Of a DNA stretch of 64,000 bases, positions 1-9,795 are shown piece by piece. The DNA lies in contig CAWFRU010000004.1 of the NCBI GenBank assembly GCA_963818385.1, forward strand, positions 513,911 to 577,910. Reading direction: 5' to 3'. The stretch's first letter is position 1. Every line of letters starts with the position of its first letter. A model generated the notes under the pieces. It made no database searches. It saw nothing but the letters and a program-made list of their open reading frames with translations, and was not told the origin of the DNA. Made by a program: the position numbers and the translations under genes. Origin of the DNA: an uncultured Phycisphaerales bacterium (GTDB taxonomy: Bacteria > Planctomycetota > Phycisphaerae > Tepidisphaerales > Tepidisphaeraceae).

Positions 1-696
1 GGCGAGCCAAACGATGGCACGAGCGATTTCCTGCGGCTGGGCCCATCGCCGCATGCTAATCATTTGCTCCGACCACTGTCGCACGTCGGCGGACTCTTTC
101 GATCCGTTCGGGGCGATGTCGGCGCCCATGGCGGTGTCGACCGCTCCGGGTTGCACGGACAAGACTCGGATGCCCGAAGGTCCGTAGAGCGCGGCCAGAT
201 CGTATGTCAGTGAATCGATTGCACCTTTTGACGCCACATAGGCCGGAGCCACACCGTTTGCGTGGCCGGACATGATGCTCGAGACGTTGATGATCACACC
301 GCGGTGCAGCGGTTCCATTTGTTCGGCCGCCCAACGAGCCATAAAGGCCGGGGCCGTGACACACACGCGCAGGGTTCGTTCCCAGGAATCGGTGGAAATT
401 TCGCGCATCGTGACGAGCTCACGCCACGCCGCGTTGTTGACGAGCACATGTGGCGCACCCAGCTCAGCCGCAGAAGCTTGAACAAAAGATTGCGCGAAAT
501 GCAGATCCGCCAGATCGCCCGGGCGGGCTACTACTTTGGCGCCTTTGGTGCGCAATTGGTCAGCGACACCATTGAGCGTTTCCGATTCGAGAGCTGTGAC
601 GCCGAGGTCGTATCCCCTGGCAGCGAATTCCTGTGCGGTCGCTTGACCAATTCCGGTGGAGGCGCCGGTAATAAGCGCGACGCGTTTTTCAGGCAT
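1..696 (-). CDS. SDR-family oxidoreductase, 3' end beyond window start
   Basis: The reverse frame is open from ATG 696..694 to the window edge. It is absent from the ORF track because there is no stop inside the window. Translation MPEKRVALITGASTGIGQATAQEF...NNAAW...YVASKGAI carries the TGxxxGxG and YxxxK SDR motifs. Confidence 0.85.
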   Translation of the reverse strand, partial: MPEKRVALITGASTGIGQATAQEFAARGYDLGVTALESETLNGVADQLRTKGAKVVARPGDLADLHFAQSFVQASAAELGAPHVLVNNAAWRELVTMREISTDSWERTLRVCVTAPAFMARWAAEQMEPLHRGVIINVSSIMSGHANGVAPAYVASKGAIDSLTYDLAALYGPSGIRVLSVQPGAVDTAMGADIAPNGSKESADVRQWSEQMISMRRWAQPQEIARAIVWLA

Positions 697-1610
697 CGGT
701 TCCTCCAGGCACCGCCAATTGTCGGGGGACTATCGTGGCCAGCGCGTCGCCCACCTGAACGCGCGGCATTGCGCGAAGCATCACGAGCAAGCCGGCTTTT
801 TCCGCGCGAACTGCGGAAGAATCGCCGGTTTGCAGATCGGTAACGCGGCCGATGATTTCGCCAGGCTCCATATATCGGCCCAAAGTCGCCGCAGGTTCGA
901 AGATCCCGTTCAACGGCGAAGGATAGTTGATTTGAAGATGACCGCTCTGCGGACTGGGATCTTCGACGATTTTCTGCTTTCGTTGCGGTGGCATAGGTCG
1001 ATCGAGCATTTTCAACTCGGTCATGACGTTCAGGCAGCCGGAAGTAAGCTCAGCGACGGCCGCCGCGCTGAATTCAGCGCCCCCACCATGTTCGACATAG
1101 ATCGCCGGGACGTTGGCGTCACGCGCAACAGAAATAGATCGGCCGTTGAGGGTGGGAGTGGTTCCCCAAATAAAGGGCAAATTGAATGCCCGCGCCATTC
1201 GACGCTGGGTCTCAAGCACTGTTGCATCGCTATGCAAAAGATATCCGGACAATGGAATCAGCGTCAGCGCCGCACCGCCGGTGTGAAGATCAATATAAAA
1301 GTCGGCACTGCGAATCAATTCGCTGAGATGATGAGCGATGCGCTGCGTGATAGAGCCATCGATCTGTCCTGGGCAGACCCGCGAGATCGAGCCCATCTTC
1401 GGCCGTCCGTGCGCCGCGCTGATAGGCGGCGGCATTTACCACCGGCACAAGAATTACTTTGCCGCGCAAGCTCGTCGATTCGAGAATGGGGAACAGGCTG
1501 CGAATCGCCAGCATGGGCTCGTATTCGTCACCGTGGACGCCCGCTGTAATCAAAAGAGTCGGGCCCTCGGCTCTGGAATAGTTAGTCGAAATAATCTGCT
1601 CTTGTGACAC
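689..1610 (-). CDS. succinylglutamate desuccinylase/aspartoacylase (AstE/AspA, M14-like) family protein, one frameshift
   Basis: ORF 1290..1610 is the N-terminus (GVHGDEYEP zinc motif, ..EDGLDLA). ORF 689..1435 continues the family (RVCPGQIDGS...DLHTGG). The two frames join near 1378. Confidence 0.75.
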
Positions 1611-1628
1611 TCAATCGCGCCTGAAAAA

Positions 1629-2726
1629 CTAAAACTCGAGCCGAAAACTACATAACGAACGGACTCCATCGGCCGTGACAACGTAGTCATTTTCCAATCG
1701 AACACCGCCGCGCAGGTCTTCGCCGTAGAGGCCGGGCTCGGCGGTAAAGACGTCGCCTTCCTGAAAGCTATCGTCCCAATTCGGATTCAGACGGGGAGCC
1801 TCGTGGGCCGACAGGCCGATCCCATGCCCAAGATGATGGGGAAAAGCCCATTGGGATTTGCGCAGCATTTCCGCGACGTCGAGATAAAGACGGCGGCAAT
1901 TTACGCCCGGCCTGGCGTTTTGTTCAACGTAACTCAGAGCGTCGGCGACGCGCTGTCGAGCCTCCGTCTGCGCGGCAGTCGGTTTTCTGCCGACGCAAAA
2001 CGTTCGGCACATGTCGGACGAATAGCCGCGAACGACGACGGATAAATCGAGCGGCAGCAGCTCGCCATCTCCCATCGTGCGTCTTCGAGGCGGGCCGCCA
2101 GGCGTGCCCGCCTGAAAATCGTTGCCGAATTCACCGATCGGCTCTCCCACGGCGGCAATCGCGGTGGCGTGAAGCTGTAAATACATTTCCCATTCACAGT
2201 ACCCGGGACGGATGCTCTCCTTTGCCACTGCATAAGCAGCCTCGCATCCCACGATGCCTCGCCGAATCAGTTCGATCTCATCGGGAAGCTTTGTGCGTCG
2301 AACTTTTCGCAGCAGGGGAGTGATGTCCTGGGGATAGATTTCTCCGCCGGCGAGCGGTCCTGTCGGCATGTCGGAACCGATTCGTTTCCGGCCGGAAATC
2401 AAAGGCGCAAGCGCTTCCAGTGCGGCCGCCTGCTGATCGTCGACTAGCGTTCCGAGCTTGTCGCCACGGAAAACGATTGTGTCCGTGACGAACACGTGCA
2501 GCCCCGGGGGAATTGGAGTGGCAAGGATGGCTTTCCCCTCGCTACTGATGAAAAGAAGCGATTGATAGACGCCGCGCGTCCAATGGCCGGCGAGGGAGAA
2601 GATTTGTCCGGCGTCGGTCAGGATGGCGCCGTCATATCCATTTTCACCCAGCAATTCGGCAAAGCGCATTTGCCGCGCCTGACAACCGTCTCGAGTGACG
2701 CGCGGCTCCGTGTATGGCTCGGACAT
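1629..2726 (-). CDS. M24-family metallopeptidase (Xaa-Pro aminopeptidase/creatinase-like)
   Basis: 365-aa ORF with C-terminal pita-bread motifs HHLGHGIGLSAHEAP and EPGLY..GGVRLEND. Its start overlaps the upstream stop as ATGA at 2724..2728. Confidence 0.85.
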   Translation of the reverse strand: MSEPYTEPRVTRDGCQARQMRFAELLGENGYDGAILTDAGQIFSLAGHWTRGVYQSLLFISSEGKAILATPIPPGLHVFVTDTIVFRGDKLGTLVDDQQAAALEALAPLISGRKRIGSDMPTGPLAGGEIYPQDITPLLRKVRRTKLPDEIELIRRGIVGCEAAYAVAKESIRPGYCEWEMYLQLHATAIAAVGEPIGEFGNDFQAGTPGGPPRRRTMGDGELLPLDLSVVVRGYSSDMCRTFCVGRKPTAAQTEARQRVADALSYVEQNARPGVNCRRLYLDVAEMLRKSQWAFPHHLGHGIGLSAHEAPRLNPNWDDSFQEGDVFTAEPGLYGEDLRGGVRLENDYVVTADGVRSLCSFRLEF

Positions 2727-3391
2727 CAGAGAATTCCGTACTTCGAGAAAGCCGCGGCGGCTTTCATTCCGGCGCGAATTTCATTGCGCATATGATCTTC
2801 GGCGTGAACTTTTTCCCAGGCTCGCTGGATTGCCTCGGTTTCGGCCTCGCGCGGGATGACAACAACGCCGTCCGAATCCGCAATCACAAGATCTCCGCTG
2901 CGAAAGGCAACACCGTCGATTTCGAGCGGCACATCAAGGTCGATGACGCGCTGGCGGTGCAGGCTGTCATAGACGCACGTTCCACGCGCGAAGACGGGAA
3001 AGCGCATCGCCGTCATTTTTTGGACATCCCGGACGGCGCCGTCAACAATCGCACCGACACAACCGCTGTTGCGCGCGGCGGTCGATAGGAGTTCACCCCA
3101 GATTCCCGACCGCATCGATCCCCCCGCCGCGCAGATCAACACTTCGTCGGCCAGGCAGCCATCCACCGCCTGAAGTTCCAATTCGTAAGGACGCGGGTCT
3201 TCGTGAGCCATATCGGCCCAGAGTGTGGTCCGGCATCGCCCGATAAGACGGGAGATTCCGGTCATTGGTCCCAAGGGGATACGAGGAGATTGGTTGCGCA
3301 GTCCAATTGCGTCCAGGGCGTCGCTCACAACCGCACTGTAGAGCTTTCCCCTCATCATGCCGAGCGTAATTTCATCTGTTGTATTAGTCAT
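2726..3391 (-). CDS. RraA-family protein (HMG/CHA aldolase or RraA-like)
   Basis: 221-aa ORF. The pattern SAVVSDALD...GELLSTAARNSGCVGAIVDGAVRD...FARG is typical of the RraA/4-hydroxy-4-methyl-2-oxoglutarate aldolase family. Confidence 0.8.
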   Translation of the reverse strand: MTNTTDEITLGMMRGKLYSAVVSDALDAIGLRNQSPRIPLGPMTGISRLIGRCRTTLWADMAHEDPRPYELELQAVDGCLADEVLICAAGGSMRSGIWGELLSTAARNSGCVGAIVDGAVRDVQKMTAMRFPVFARGTCVYDSLHRQRVIDLDVPLEIDGVAFRSGDLVIADSDGVVVIPREAETEAIQRAWEKVHAEDHMRNEIRAGMKAAAAFSKYGIL

Positions 3392-3403
3392 AATCGAACC
3401 GTC

Positions 3404-4161
3404 TTAGGCGGTGATGCGCTGCGAAGCGGCAAGTTCGCGGGCGAGCGAGTGGGCAGTCGCCTGCACATCGGCGATCCACCGTTTTTCCGAAGTTGAATCG
3501 ACGCGGGCCGAGGGAACGCTGAGGCTGATTGCCGCCACCGGCTGCGTCTCAACCAGGACGGGTGCGGCAATGCACGTCACACCGAGATCCGTTTCATCCC
3601 GTTCGATGGCATATCCCACCCGTGAAACCCTCGCGAGAATTCGCCGCAGGTCTTCTTCGTCCCTGGTTGTTCGAGGAGTTCGCACTTCAATCGCCGCTGT
3701 GGAGAACAGTTGGTTGATCTTTGTCTCGGGCAAAAAGCGCCGATTGCGCGACCGAGAGCGGTGGAAAAGATCGGGTCACTCTCGTGGGGTTCGGCGACGC
3801 GCCGCAAAGGATGAGAGGACTCTAGTACCGTGATGTAAACGACGCGATTGCGGCGCAGGACGCCCAGGTTGACAGTTTCTGCGGTTTGCTGATGAAGCCG
3901 ACGGAGGAGCGGGTCGGCGACCGATGCCAGCCGGCGATCGCTTCTTCCGAGCGCGACCCAGTGAAGCTTGGGCGTGAGCCGGTAAATCCCTCCCGAATCA
4001 TGCTGAACGTATCCGAGCTCGACGAGACAGCGCAGGATGCGATGTGCGCTTGGCTTTGTCATGCCGGTGCCGAGCGCAACCTGGTTGAGCGAGCCGGAAC
4101 CTTTCAACTCGGCCAGTAATTCCACGAGGGAAAAGGCTTTGACAATCGAACTGGATTCCAT
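3404..4161 (-). CDS. IclR-family transcriptional regulator, one frameshift
   Basis: The N-terminal wHTH (SLVELLAE..LNQVALGTGMTKPSAHRILRCLVELGYV) is in ORF 3577..4197. The effector domain (..GYAIERDETDLGVTCIAAPV..) is in ORF 3404..3733. The frames join near 3730. The gene is divergent from the ridA-mlrC-like pair. Confidence 0.8.
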
Positions 4162-4191
4162 TATTCTGAATATATCGTTTCGTATAGTGGA

Positions 4192-4600
4192 ATGCAAGTG
4201 CTTCCATCGTTGGAGGTTGTTCTGGCAAAATTAGAAGTTCCAAGGCCGTCTTTGCCTTTTTCCCCGGCTGTGCGCGCTGGGGAATTTGTGCTGGTTTCGG
4301 GGCAGGCTTCGGTCGATTTTGCCGGCCGGATAGTGACCGATTCTTTCGAGGGGGAAATGCGTCGATCAATCGCCAATGTGTCGGCGGTACTCGCCGGCAT
4401 TGGAATGAACCTGAAGGATGTTGTTCAGGTGCGCAGCTACTTGGGCCGCGAAGAGGATCTCGCCGAATACAATCGGATCTATCGCGAGTATTTTAAACAG
4501 CCGTTGCCGGCTCGCACCACCCAGGTCGGAGTTCTGGGCAAAGCGCGTAAAGTTCGAAGTGGATGTGATGGCGTACCCCGGTGGCCCCGTCCCGATTTGA
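4192..4600 (+). CDS. RidA/YjgF/endoribonuclease L-PSP family protein, one frameshift
   Basis: ..AVRAGEFVLVSGQ...IYREYF..PLPARTT lies in ORF 4192..4701. The family C-terminus VKFEVDVMAY plus a stop lies in the frame of ORF 4418..4600. The join is near 4547. Confidence 0.75.
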
Positions 4601-4615
4601 TCGGCACGACGAATC

Positions 4616-6097
4616 ATGCCCGCAAACCGCATGCGTATTGGAATCATAGCTCTCCAGCACGAATCAAATACGTTTTTATCGCGGGCAACGGCTTTGGATG
4701 ATTTCCGCAGAAACGTGCTGCTGACGGGTGAAGCGGTCCGAGACCATTTTCACAACAGCCATCATGAGGTGGGGGGATTTTTCGACGGGCTGAAGGCGGC
4801 GGATGTGGAAGCCGTCCCACTATTCGCGGCGATCGCCACGCCGGGCGGCGTCGTTACCGCTGACGCTTTCGAGCATCTTCTGGCGACGATGCTCGATTGT
4901 TTTGATCGAGCGGGGCCGCTGGACGGATTATTGGCTGCGCCCCACGGGGCCGGTGTGAGCGAACAAATTCCCGACATGGATGGGCATTGGCTTGGCCTGA
5001 TTCGCCAGCGACTCGGCAGCGCCAAACCGATCATTGCCACAATTGATCCGCATGCGAATCTATCGCTCGCCATGGTCAGCGCCTGCCAGGCGATTATTCC
5101 GTATCGCACAAATCCTCACGTCGATCAGCACGTTCGGGGTCTTGAGGCCGCGACGCTGATCGTGCGGACGCTTCGGGGCGAAGTACGGCCGACAATGGCA
5201 GCGAACTTTTCGCCGGTCGCAATCAATATTGCCGCACAACACACCGAGACCCCCCCTTGCGTTAACCTGCTACGTTTGGCCGACGCCCAGTTAAAACTGC
5301 CGGGCGTGCTGGGCAACGGCGTTGTTCTGGGATTTCCCTATGCCGATGTCCCGGAAATGGGGTCCAGCCTCGTTGTGGTGACGGACAACGATCATGAGCG
5401 GGCACGCGGATTGGCGGATGACTTGGGTAAATATCTCGTCGCGCACCGGCGGGATTTTGTGGCGCATTTACCGACGGTCGAAGAAGCGATCGACCTGGCG
5501 ATGCGATCTGATATGCCGGTGTGCCTGCTGGACTTGGGGGACAACGTCGGTGGCGGCTCGCCGGGGGATGGGACGATCATAGCGCACGCGCTGCAAAGGC
5601 GCAAGGTTGAACGTAGCTTTGTGGCGATTTGCGATGCGGGGGCGGTCAATGCGGCAGCGTCTCTCGGCGTGGGCGCGAAGTTTGAAGGGTTTGTCGGCGG
5701 CAAAAGCGACCAAATGCATGGCGAGCCGCTGCTGGTCAAAGGGCGCGTTCGAAGCCTTCACGACGGGGTATTTCACGAAGACCAGATCCGCCATGGCGGG
5801 CAGGGGCGATTTGATATGGGAAAGACAGTAGTGATTGAATCGGAATCGTTGACTTTGCTGGTGCATTCATTGCGCACGCCGCCTTTCAGCTTGAATCAGT
5901 TGATCTCGTGTTCGATTGAGCCGGGGAAATTCTCCGTTCTTGTTGCCAAGGGCGTCAATGCGCCGATCGCGGCGTATTCGCCAGTGTGCCGAACATTTAT
6001 CCGCGTAGACACACCTGGCGTCACGACCGCAAATATGGCGCGGCTTCCATTTGAGCATCGGCGCCGTCCACTGTTTCCTTTCGAAGAGTTGCAATGA
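4616..6097 (+). CDS. M81-family metallopeptidase (MlrC-like, microcystinase C family)
   Basis: 493-aa intact ORF. The N-terminus MRIGIIALQHESNTF and the overall length fit the DUF1485 plus MlrC C-terminal architecture. Confidence 0.8.
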   Translation: MPANRMRIGIIALQHESNTFLSRATALDDFRRNVLLTGEAVRDHFHNSHHEVGGFFDGLKAADVEAVPLFAAIATPGGVVTADAFEHLLATMLDCFDRAGPLDGLLAAPHGAGVSEQIPDMDGHWLGLIRQRLGSAKPIIATIDPHANLSLAMVSACQAIIPYRTNPHVDQHVRGLEAATLIVRTLRGEVRPTMAANFSPVAINIAAQHTETPPCVNLLRLADAQLKLPGVLGNGVVLGFPYADVPEMGSSLVVVTDNDHERARGLADDLGKYLVAHRRDFVAHLPTVEEAIDLAMRSDMPVCLLDLGDNVGGGSPGDGTIIAHALQRRKVERSFVAICDAGAVNAAASLGVGAKFEGFVGGKSDQMHGEPLLVKGRVRSLHDGVFHEDQIRHGGQGRFDMGKTVVIESESLTLLVHSLRTPPFSLNQLISCSIEPGKFSVLVAKGVNAPIAAYSPVCRTFIRVDTPGVTTANMARLPFEHRRRPLFPFEELQ

Positions 6098-6127
6098 CAA
6101 GTCCGGGAAATGCTTATTTCGCCGAAG

Positions 6128-6904
6128 TTACTTTGCAGTGTAGCCACCATCAACGGGAATGTTGGCGCCGGTAATGTATGCGGAGGCGTCGGAGGCAAGA
6201 AATACGATGATACCGGCGAGATCGGTTTCGTTGGCCATTCGTCCCAGGAATGTGCGGGCGGCGTATCGCTGGACAAAAGCATCGCTCTGCCCGTACAGGA
6301 ATCCGCCGGGGCTGATTGCATTCACGCGAACACCATTGGGTCCAAGTTTGGCGGCAGCGTATCGCGTGAGCTGGAGCAAGCCGCCTTTGTGGAAGAAGTA
6401 GTCGGGCGGTGTTTCCAGGTCGAGGCCTTCGTAAAGTGTGAGGTCGGGCCCGACGCAGCCCTGGATAGAGCCAACATTGATGATGCTGCCACCGCCATGC
6501 TTGGCCATGTGATCGCCGAAGGTCCGCGTCATTATGAACAGTCCGGTCGCGTTCACGGCCATGCTTTGGGCAAACTTGTGCGATTCCGAGGACCAGCCTC
6601 CCATGGTTCGAAGAACCGCATTGTTGACAAGGATGTCGATTTTCCCGGCCCGTTTGAGGATTTCGGCGAGAAGCTTATGAATGGAGTCTTCGGATGCCTG
6701 ATCGAAACTGAGCGCGGTTAGATCCAACCCATCGGCGATTAAGTCTTCTGCCTGCCGCTTCAGCTTATCGAGGTCGCGGCTGGCGACGAAAACTTTGGCG
6801 CCCGCTTCGGCTACGGCCCGAACGATCTGCCGACCAAATAATCCGTCGCCACCCGTAACCAAGGCCACCTTTCCGGTCAGTCGAAAAGAATCGAGTATTC
6901 CCAT
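6128..6904 (-). CDS. SDR-family oxidoreductase
   Basis: GKVALVTGGDGLFG Rossmann motif, NNA, and YAAAK (YxxxK). The likely start is MGILDSF at 6904; the ORF-track start at 6964 is an upstream extension. Confidence 0.85.
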   Translation of the reverse strand: MGILDSFRLTGKVALVTGGDGLFGRQIVRAVAEAGAKVFVASRDLDKLKRQAEDLIADGLDLTALSFDQASEDSIHKLLAEILKRAGKIDILVNNAVLRTMGGWSSESHKFAQSMAVNATGLFIMTRTFGDHMAKHGGGSIINVGSIQGCVGPDLTLYEGLDLETPPDYFFHKGGLLQLTRYAAAKLGPNGVRVNAISPGGFLYGQSDAFVQRYAARTFLGRMANETDLAGIIVFLASDASAYITGANIPVDGGYTAK

Positions 6905-6991
6905 CTTGACTCCTGCGATTGCAGTTAATGCGCCCCGCTTAATCGTACGAGCGCCTTGATGCATTTGCGATGTCGAACGGCTGCTATAGCT

Positions 6992-7560
6992 TCACCTATA
7001 TTCTCGAGTTCCAATGGATGATCCGAGTCCAGCCAAATGCGCGAGTGACTCGATGCGTATCGGCGGAACAGTGACTTCAAACCACATCATGCCGTCGAAC
7101 TCGATCCGGCTGTCAACCTTGATCGCACCCTGGGTCGTCTGGAAATGGACGACGCCCGGTTTCACCTCCCCCATCGCCAGGGTGGCGGCTGCGGGAGGAG
7201 AATTGGGGGCGGGCGGCCATGACCAGTTGAATTGGGGCCGCCAGCAGGGGGTTGTTGAGTGCCGTGATCTGGCTGGGAAAGAGGCCTCCGTCATACTGGT
7301 AGCTGCGACCCCAAACATCAAAGGTGGCCTTGCCATCGGAGGAAGCCTTTGCCTCGACCGGCGCCCACGGTTTAGGCACCTGATCCGAGATGCCGATTTT
7401 GTTTCCGAGCCAGACGGGTTTGTTGGTCGCAGCCGCGTCCGAAGCTCCGGTCCTTCCCGCCGCCGGGTCCCCCTGAGCTTGGACTGAAGAGGTGTTCCCC
7501 AAAAAAAACAGGAACGAAAGAATCGAGAGGATTTGGAGACGGCGAATTAAAAAAACACAT
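6992..7560 (-). pseudogene. 5' remnant of a secreted DUF6067/glycoside-hydrolase-like protein (truncated, about 2 frameshifts)
   Basis: A signal peptide MCFLIRRLQILSILSFLFFLGNTSSVQA appears only if the A7 run at 7549..7555 is read as 6. The sequence then reads ..KPWAPVEA..VWGRSYQYDGGLFPSQITALNNPLLAAPIQL.., with a second shift near 7210. The reading frame stops after about 190 aa, whereas this family is several hundred aa long. Confidence 0.5.
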
Positions 7561-8028
7561 GGACGTTAACCATGCGCGGACGGCTTAAAATTGTCAATTT
7601 TGGAATATCTCATCGGGACGAAAAAGTTCGGGCGAAGACTGAGCCGATTGGTTGATGGAGCCACCCAAAGGCAAAAACGCCGATTTCGGCGCATGAGCTT
7701 GGAAAAAGTTTAACCGGTCTCTTGACACCCCGATTTCAAGGGACGGAATCTCGGTTCGGGTATCCTTTTCTGTCCCGCGTGGGACGCTGGTGAACCGTTT
7801 GAGACGATCCACCGAAGGTACGCCGCTTTTATTCAGCCGCCAACCATCCACGACTTTTGGTTATAGCTCTCAGCCGATACGACGGAACATGGTTTGAAAG
7901 GAAACGGGGCATTACAGAGCCTTCGAAAAGACCAAAAACTGAATCTTCCGTTTTTGGAGGCGTTTTCGGCCGCTCTGTCCCACTCGGGCAGGTATCCTAA
8001 TCCAAGGATTCGGCGGGTTTTATCCCAC

Positions 8029-8102
8029 TGGGCGATACAGGGCTCGAACCTGTGACCTTACGGGTGTGATCCGTACGCTCTGGCCAACTGAGCTAATCGC
8101 CC
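8029..8102 (-). tRNA. tRNA-Val (anticodon CAC)
   Basis: Hand-folded 74-nt cloverleaf. Acceptor GGGCGAT/ATCGCCC, D stem GCTC/GAGC, anticodon stem TACGG/CCGTA with loop AU-CAC-AC, T stem ACAGG/CCTGT with loop TTCGAGC. CCA is not encoded. Confidence 0.95.
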
Positions 8103-8201
8103 GACGGTTTTTGATGGTATCGCGACGGCCGCCGGCCTTCAAGCGGCGGAGCTGTTTTCAGATAAAGAGGCCCACCATTCCGGCCGATTTATTATGAGGC
8201 C

Positions 8202-8402
8202 ATGCGAATCGCGACCGGCATCAATATCACCGACGAGGAGCGTAGGTTCCTCATGGAACTGGCGGATCGAAGGCGCAGTTCGATCAGGACGCCGGAGCCT
8301 GTGCTTCTTTCCCTGGTGCGAAAAGGGCTGATCCAGTTCGATCTAAGCTCGCTCGGGGACGAGCTTGCCAAAGAGCTCGTCAAAGGCACTCTCCAGCGCT
8401 GA
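8202..8402 (+). CDS. small hypothetical protein (66 aa)
   Basis: Non-repetitive, balanced composition (MRIATGINITDEERRFLMELADRR...). The opposite-strand ORF is low complexity. No family recognised. Confidence 0.3.
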   Translation: MRIATGINITDEERRFLMELADRRRSSIRTPEPVLLSLVRKGLIQFDLSSLGDELAKELVKGTLQR

Positions 8403-8466
8403 TCTGCCGCTTACACCGTCGCGTGCGGCACTCGCAACTTCCCCTCCCCTCCAGTATATAACCGCC

Positions 8467-9585
8467 ATGCTAGACCCACGCATTGACCACTTCGCGAAAA
8501 TGCTTATTGACTACTCCTGCGCGGTGAAAAAGGGGGAAAAGATCCTGATTGAAGCGATCGACGTGCCGGAGGAATTCACCATCGCTCTGATCAATCACGC
8601 GGCCAAAGCCGGTGGCCATCCGCTGGTCCTGCTCAAGAGCAATCCGATCACGCGCGCCCTCCAGCTTGTAGGCCAGAAGGAGCAGTGGGACCTGATCTCC
8701 CGCGTCGAGCGATTGCAGATGGAAGGGGTGCAGTGCTACATCGGCGCGCGGGGCAGCCAGAATGTGTCCGAGCTTTCGGATGTCAGCGGCGAAAAGCAAA
8801 AGCTTTACGAATCGACGGTGTGGGAAAAGGTTCATCGGGAGGTGCGGATCGCCAAGACCCGCTGGTGCGTTTTGCGCTGGCCGACGCCTTCGATGGCGCA
8901 GATGGCGGAGATGAGCACCGAGGCGTTCGAGGATTTTTATTTCAACGTCTGCACGCTGGATTATGCGAAGATGAGCCGGGCGATGCAGCCGTTGAAAAAG
9001 CTGATGGAGAAGACGGACGCGGTGCGGCTCAAGGGGCCGGGGGATACGGACCTTAGCTTCAGCATCAAGGGCATTCCGGCGATTCCGTGCGACGGCCGGG
9101 TGAACATCCCGGACGGGGAGGTTTTTACCGCCCCGGTGAAAACGAGCGTGAACGGCGTCATCCATTACAACTGCCCCACCATCTACCGCGGCACGACGTT
9201 TAACGACGTGCGGCTGGTTTTCCGAAATGGGAAGATTGTCGAAGCGACGAGTTCGGCGACCGAGAAACTGAACGAAGTTTTCGACACTGATGCCGGCGCG
9301 CGTTACGTCGGCGAGTTCGCGATCGGGTTCAACCCCTACGTGACGAAGCCGATGAAGGACATTCTGTTCGACGAGAAAATCGCCGGCAGCATCCACTTCA
9401 CGCCCGGCGCCTGCTACGACGATGCGAGCAACGGGAACAAGAGCGAGATCCACTGGGACATGGTGATGCGGCAAACGCCGGAAGCGGGCGGAGGGGAAGT
9501 GTGGTTCGACGGCAAAGTGATCCGGCGGGATGGGCGGTTTATCGTGAAAGAGCTGCTGGGGCTGAATCCTGAAAAGCTGAAATAG
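8467..9585 (+). CDS. M29-family aminopeptidase (AmpS/PepS-like)
   Basis: Starts at MLDPRIDHFAKMLIDYSCAVKKGEKILIEA (ATG 8467). The ORF-track start at 8365 overlaps the previous small ORF. Length and the C-terminus ..GSIHFTPG...EIHWDMV fit aminopeptidase T/S. Confidence 0.8.
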   Translation: MLDPRIDHFAKMLIDYSCAVKKGEKILIEAIDVPEEFTIALINHAAKAGGHPLVLLKSNPITRALQLVGQKEQWDLISRVERLQMEGVQCYIGARGSQNVSELSDVSGEKQKLYESTVWEKVHREVRIAKTRWCVLRWPTPSMAQMAEMSTEAFEDFYFNVCTLDYAKMSRAMQPLKKLMEKTDAVRLKGPGDTDLSFSIKGIPAIPCDGRVNIPDGEVFTAPVKTSVNGVIHYNCPTIYRGTTFNDVRLVFRNGKIVEATSSATEKLNEVFDTDAGARYVGEFAIGFNPYVTKPMKDILFDEKIAGSIHFTPGACYDDASNGNKSEIHWDMVMRQTPEAGGGEVWFDGKVIRRDGRFIVKELLGLNPEKLK

Positions 9586-9608
9586 CACATCGGAACGTAA
9601 GGAATATC

Positions 9609-9764
9609 TCACCGCCCGCTTCGCTAGAGATCGCAGAGAGCGCTGAGGGAAATGGAAGAGGTTTCGCGCAGAGGCGCTGAGGCGCGGAGGGGGATTTGGG
9701 TTGAAAATATTTTTAATTTCTTTTTCTCCGCGCTCTCGGCGATCTCTAGCGCAGCGGGCGGTGA
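9609..9764. repeat. long imperfect inverted repeat (about 35-nt arms, about 86-nt spacer)
   Basis: The left arm tcaccgcccgcttcgctagagatcgcagagagcgc (9609..9643) pairs with the right arm gcgctctcggcgatctctagcgcagcgggcggtga (9730..9764). It lies in the spacer where the compositional regime changes. Confidence 0.8.
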
Positions 9765-9795
9765 AATCGGTCTTCGTTTCGGTCAAGATGCGTAG

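Noticed and set aside
262-1549. Plus-strand ORFs 262..843 and 656..1549.
   Set aside because: They are antisense to the SDR and AstE-like genes, which carry unambiguous motifs. Their translations are Arg-rich and match no family.
4141-4200. A possible IclR operator (tggattcca / gtggaat half-sites) in the iclR-ridA divergent spacer.
   Set aside because: The inverted repeat is short and imperfect (6/7), which could arise by chance in a 30-nt AT-rich spacer. It is not strong enough to call as a feature.
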